Below are positions 61,201 to 64,000 of a stretch of DNA of 64,000 nucleotides, one piece after another. A program made the position numbers and the translations under genes. The DNA is from Acidilobaceae archaeon (GTDB lineage Archaea > Thermoproteota > Thermoprotei_A > Sulfolobales > Acidilobaceae). Where the stretch lies: NCBI GenBank assembly GCA_038897215.1, contig JAWAWX010000001.1, positions 320,001 through 384,000 on the forward strand, given 5' to 3'. The notes under the pieces were generated by a model, which ran no database searches, was not told the origin of the DNA, and was given only the letters and a program-made list of their open reading frames with translations. Every line of letters begins with the position of its first letter. Position 1 is the first letter of the stretch.

Positions 61201-61686
61201 CTAGACTAGGATCACGTTGAGCTCCGGCATCGCTCTCTTCAGCTCTCTAGCCACAGCCTCCGAGTCTTCGTAGACAGCCTGGATCTCGTACTTGCGCGCC
61301 AGCCTCCTGATAGCCTCCAGCTTGACTACCCACTCGCTCCTACGGTCTCCACTCCTCCTAAAAACAACCTCAGCTACAGCGCTCAGCAAGCCGGCTTCCT
61401 CTAGCTGCTTTAGCGTGATGCTCCTCATAGACTCCGGCCTGCCTGTGACCACGACTACAGCGTAGCCTCGCGAAGCGTAGTCGAGAGCTAGCCTCACGTA
61501 CTCGAGTCTAGGCTCGTCGAGGTAGGCGAACCTCTCGCTCAGAAAGCACTCCCAGAACCTGGCTCTAGGAGCTCCCCGGAGAGACTCGATGCTAGCACCG
61601 CCAACCTCGCTCAAGCACGCCTCAAGTCTTCTCCTCGAGTCCACCAAGACACCATCGACGTCGAAGACTACCGCTCTAGCTCTCAG
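61201..61686 (-). CDS. HAD-superfamily phosphatase resembling the T4 Pnkp phosphatase domain
   Basis: AVVFDVDGVL (upstream of TTG 61647, hence CTG 61686 proposed), VVVTGR, RR.GD.R....VK, YED. Confidence 0.8.
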   Translation of the reverse strand: MRARAVVFDVDGVLVDSRRRLEACLSEVGGASIESLRGAPRARFWECFLSERFAYLDEPRLEYVRLALDYASRGYAVVVVTGRPESMRSITLKQLEEAGLLSAVAEVVFRRSGDRRSEWVVKLEAIRRLARKYEIQAVYEDSEAVARELKRAMPELNVILV

Positions 61687-61762
61687 AAGCGTGTCCCCGC
61701 GGAGCGAGAGATGCTGACGCTTATTAGCCTGGAGCAGGGGAGACTGGGGAACAAGTGGAGAA

Positions 61763-61839
61763 GGGCCCGTCGTCTAGCCTGGCAGGACGCCGCCCTTACA
61801 CGGCGGAGGTCCGGGGTTCGAGTCCCCGCGGGCCCACCA
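61763..61839 (+). tRNA. tRNA-Val(TAC), intronless, CCA encoded
   Basis: Acceptor stem GGGCCCG/CGGGCCC-A-CCA; anticodon arm CCGCC-CTTACAC-GGCGG; T arm GGTTCGAGTCC. Confidence 0.97.
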
Positions 61840-61995
61840 GGAGCTCTCCACATGCCTCAGCTCAGCTATTCTGCTAGGAGGAATTAGTTTCATCTAGAAG
61901 CAGGGATTATATAGAGTCTATCAAGACTCGTTGAGGAGACCCTCTATTAAAACACACATAGCTCGGTCTAGATCCTCGCTATCGGATGATGGGAG

Positions 61996-62142
61996 ATGCA
62001 GCGGAAGAAGCGTGAAGCCAAGAGTAGGTCTAGAAGGGAGAGAGCGCGCGAGGAAGAAGAGCTATTCAGAATCTTGATGGAGTTGCTCGAACAGCGGCGA
62101 GAAGAGATAAGTCGGTACCTCTCAGCCTATGCTGACTTCTAG
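61996..62142 (+). CDS. Small basic/helical protein, 48 aa (MQRKKREAKSRSRRERAREEEELFRILMELLEQRREEISRYLSAYADF)
   Basis: Not in the ORF track; TATTAAAA about 45 nt upstream; purine-rich coding-like composition. Confidence 0.45.
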   Translation: MQRKKREAKSRSRRERAREEEELFRILMELLEQRREEISRYLSAYADF

Positions 62143-62244
62143 CTATCGCTTAGAGGCTCTCGCGAGACTCTCTTCTACCGACACACTCTGGAGACTCCGC
62201 TAGACTCGCGTATTGTTCCTCATCGACTTACCGGAGCTCTACGC

Positions 62245-62610
62245 TTAAGAGGTCGGAGAGGGCTTCTCCTTGAGCTCTTCTATCTTCCTGTAGAGCCTTG
62301 CCTCGACCTCTTCTCCCACCAGGTCCGTTACTATCTTCAGGAATACCGTGAACCCGCCCAGTAGTATTATCAAGTAGCCTATGATTATCAGCAAGACTCC
62401 CAGAGGAGCTAGGAGGAGCGGCCGCGCCGCCATCATGGCGAAGCCTAGACCTGCCATCGTGGAGCCTGCTAGCAAGACCACCGCGTATGCTAGAGCTAGG
62501 ACTACTGCTGCTGTGAAGGCTCTACTCCACGACACCAATGTGATCGACCTCGATCCAGCCTGAAGGAGCTGGGGGCTATTTAGTCTTCCTCTCGTCATCT
62601 TCGAGGCCAC
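62245..62610 (-). CDS. Hypothetical two-TM membrane protein
   Basis: Hydrophobic hairpin with charged tail; overlaps the MMPL stop. Confidence 0.6.
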   Translation of the reverse strand: MASKMTRGRLNSPQLLQAGSRSITLVSWSRAFTAAVVLALAYAVVLLAGSTMAGLGFAMMAARPLLLAPLGVLLIIIGYLIILLGGFTVFLKIVTDLVGEEVEARLYRKIEELKEKPSPTS

Positions 62611-64000
62611 CAGTTGAGCCTGCCTAGCGTGCTCACGTAGGCCGGGACTACTAGGAGCCTGGTGGCGAAAGCGTCTACGATGAAGAACGCTGCTATAGCG
62701 AAGCCTATCATCTTGAGCAAGGGTATGGCTGACACCATGAGGGAAGCGAAGGCAATCACGTAGATCGCTGCGAGCACGCTTATGACGACCCCCGTCTTCT
62801 CCACAGCCTCGAGCGCTGAAGTGCTCGCCTCACCGAGCTTCTCATACTCTTCTCGTATCCTAGCTGTGAGGAACGCCTCGAAGTCTACTCCCGTGGATAC
62901 AGCGAACCCCCAAAGGATTATCGGGATGACCCAGTAAAAGAGACTATCGAAAGTGGTGAACGCTGGGAGTTTGAGGTAGTGCTCGAAGAAGAGGCTGGTA
63001 GCCATCAAGCTGACGAGGAGAGCTAGGATTGCTGTAATGAGTATTCTAACCGGTTGGAGAACACTTCCTAGCAGGATGCCCATGACCAGAGCTACGAGGA
63101 GTAGTGCTATGGGTAGTGTTCTCGTGTAGAAGACGTCTACGAGGTCGCTTATAGTATCAGAGAGTAGTGGCGAGACTCCTGTGACATACGCTCTGACACC
63201 GTAGCTTGAGAGAACACTCCTCACCTCGTTGACTACACGTCTGGCTCCATCGCCCAAGGGGTCTTCTCTAATGCCCAGCTCTAAGACCACGTAGGGCTCC
63301 ACTGCTATCACTCTATGCCAGACTACTACTCCCCGCGACTCGAGTTCAGCCACAGCTTCCTCGAGAGCTTCGAGCGAGTCCTCGGAGACGACTGTTAGAG
63401 TCGAGAATCTCGATATATCGAATCGAGTGAAGAGAATCTCACTAGCCTTAACGAAGTCGGAGTCTAGAGGGAAGCTCAGATAAACGTTCTGAGTTACTGG
63501 AGTGTGCACTATGAAGTATAACCCTACTGCTAGAATCGCGAGAGAAGCCACTATAACCAGCACTCGATGCTCCACAGCTCTAGACGCGACCGCTCTAAGC
63601 CTAGGGCCCAGGCTTCTAGCCGGTATCCTCAGCTCTCTCCTAGGCCAGGCTAGTAGCCTCTCTCCCGCTAGCATTAGTATTGCCGGAGTTAGAGTGAGGC
63701 TGGCGATGAATGCCACCCCCACGCTGATGAGTAGAGCCACGCCTATGCTACGCAAGAGCTCGTGCCCACTGAAGATGAAGGCGGAGAAGCCGGCTAGCCC
63801 CGTAAGGCCTCCTAGAGCTAGAGCTATCGAGACTCTACGCCAAGCCTCTACAACAGCATCGCTCCAGCTCCTCCCCTTCTCTCTCTCCTCCACGACTCTG
63901 AAGAGGTAGTATATCGAGTAGTCTGCTGATATGCTGAAGACGAGCGGCACTATGAATAGCCTAGCGAGGTAGTAGATGTCTGTGTAGAGCGCGGCCACGC
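62595..64000 (-). CDS. MMPL/RND-family transporter, 5'-partial
   Basis: SADYSIY..FR..EE, LTLTPAIL, GVDFE.FL.ARIREEY, A.EKTG.VI, VDAF..R..VVPA, WWP. Confidence 0.9.
   Translation of the reverse strand, partial: VAALYTDIYYLARLFIVPLVFSISADYSIYYLFRVVEEREKGRSWSDAVVEAWRRVSIALALGGLTGLAGFSAFIFSGHELLRSIGVALLISVGVAFIASLTLTPAILMLAGERLLAWPRRELRIPARSLGPRLRAVASRAVEHRVLVIVASLAILAVGLYFIVHTPVTQNVYLSFPLDSDFVKASEILFTRFDISRFSTLTVVSEDSLEALEEAVAELESRGVVVWHRVIAVEPYVVLELGIREDPLGDGARRVVNEVRSVLSSYGVRAYVTGVSPLLSDTISDLVDVFYTRTLPIALLLVALVMGILLGSVLQPVRILITAILALLVSLMATSLFFEHYLKLPAFTTFDSLFYWVIPIILWGFAVSTGVDFEAFLTARIREEYEKLGEASTSALEAVEKTGVVISVLAAIYVIAFASLMVSAIPLLKMIGFAIAAFFIVDAFATRLLVVPAYVSTLGRLNWWPRR

Noticed and set aside
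61763-62244. Integrated element at tRNA-Val
   Set aside because: No integrase and no duplicated tRNA 3' end seen in the window
1004-63909. Numerous 60-200 aa antisense or overlapping ORFs in the track (e.g. 15695-16303, 24088-24600, 30401-30991)
   Set aside because: Ser/Leu/Arg-rich shadows of well-supported genes, with no motifs or independent start signals
1-64000. CRISPR arrays, IS elements, rRNA genes
   Set aside because: No regularly spaced repeats, transposase ORFs or rRNA-like tracts; nearly all sequence is accounted for by CDSs

Overview
Gene-dense chromosomal window from an archaeon, most likely a thermophilic Thermoproteota/crenarchaeote. This is inferred from GHMP-type AroK, PurP, CTP-dependent RibK, PriL, Taw3/Trm5, a Clp1-like kinase, TATA/BRE promoters and a box C/D sRNA. 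The first 25 kb is a biosynthetic block: purF-D-T-M-P-B (+), hisG-D-C-B-A-F-I (-, no hisH or hisE), split transketolase with the full shikimate operon and CM/TyrA (-), an FAD oxidoreductase and purA. 25.5-35.6 kb is an 11-subunit complex I-like operon (nuoABCDHIJK-M-L-N, no nuoEFG). The remainder holds an ABC exporter, DppA, an AglH-like transferase, RibK, an SlaB-like surface protein, PriL, an RNA-modification cluster with an intercistronic C/D sRNA, a PD-(D/E)xK-RHH protein, an FmdE + metal ABC importer with a dyad operator, a PsrABC-type Mo/W enzyme, a phosphoesterase/Clp1/T4-Pnkp-like HAD cluster next to tRNA-Val(TAC), and a partial MMPL/RND gene. No CRISPR array, IS or integrase was seen. 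The most notable signals are: (1) a NuoL lateral helix about two ~27-aa units longer than usual although only one nuoM is present; (2) several genes whose essential N-terminal motifs lie upstream of any in-frame ATG/GTG/TTG; (3) tiny leader ORFs carrying the cognate amino acid ahead of the his and aro operons; (4) a candidate split RNA end-healing module. All calls come from reading motifs by eye; no database search was run.
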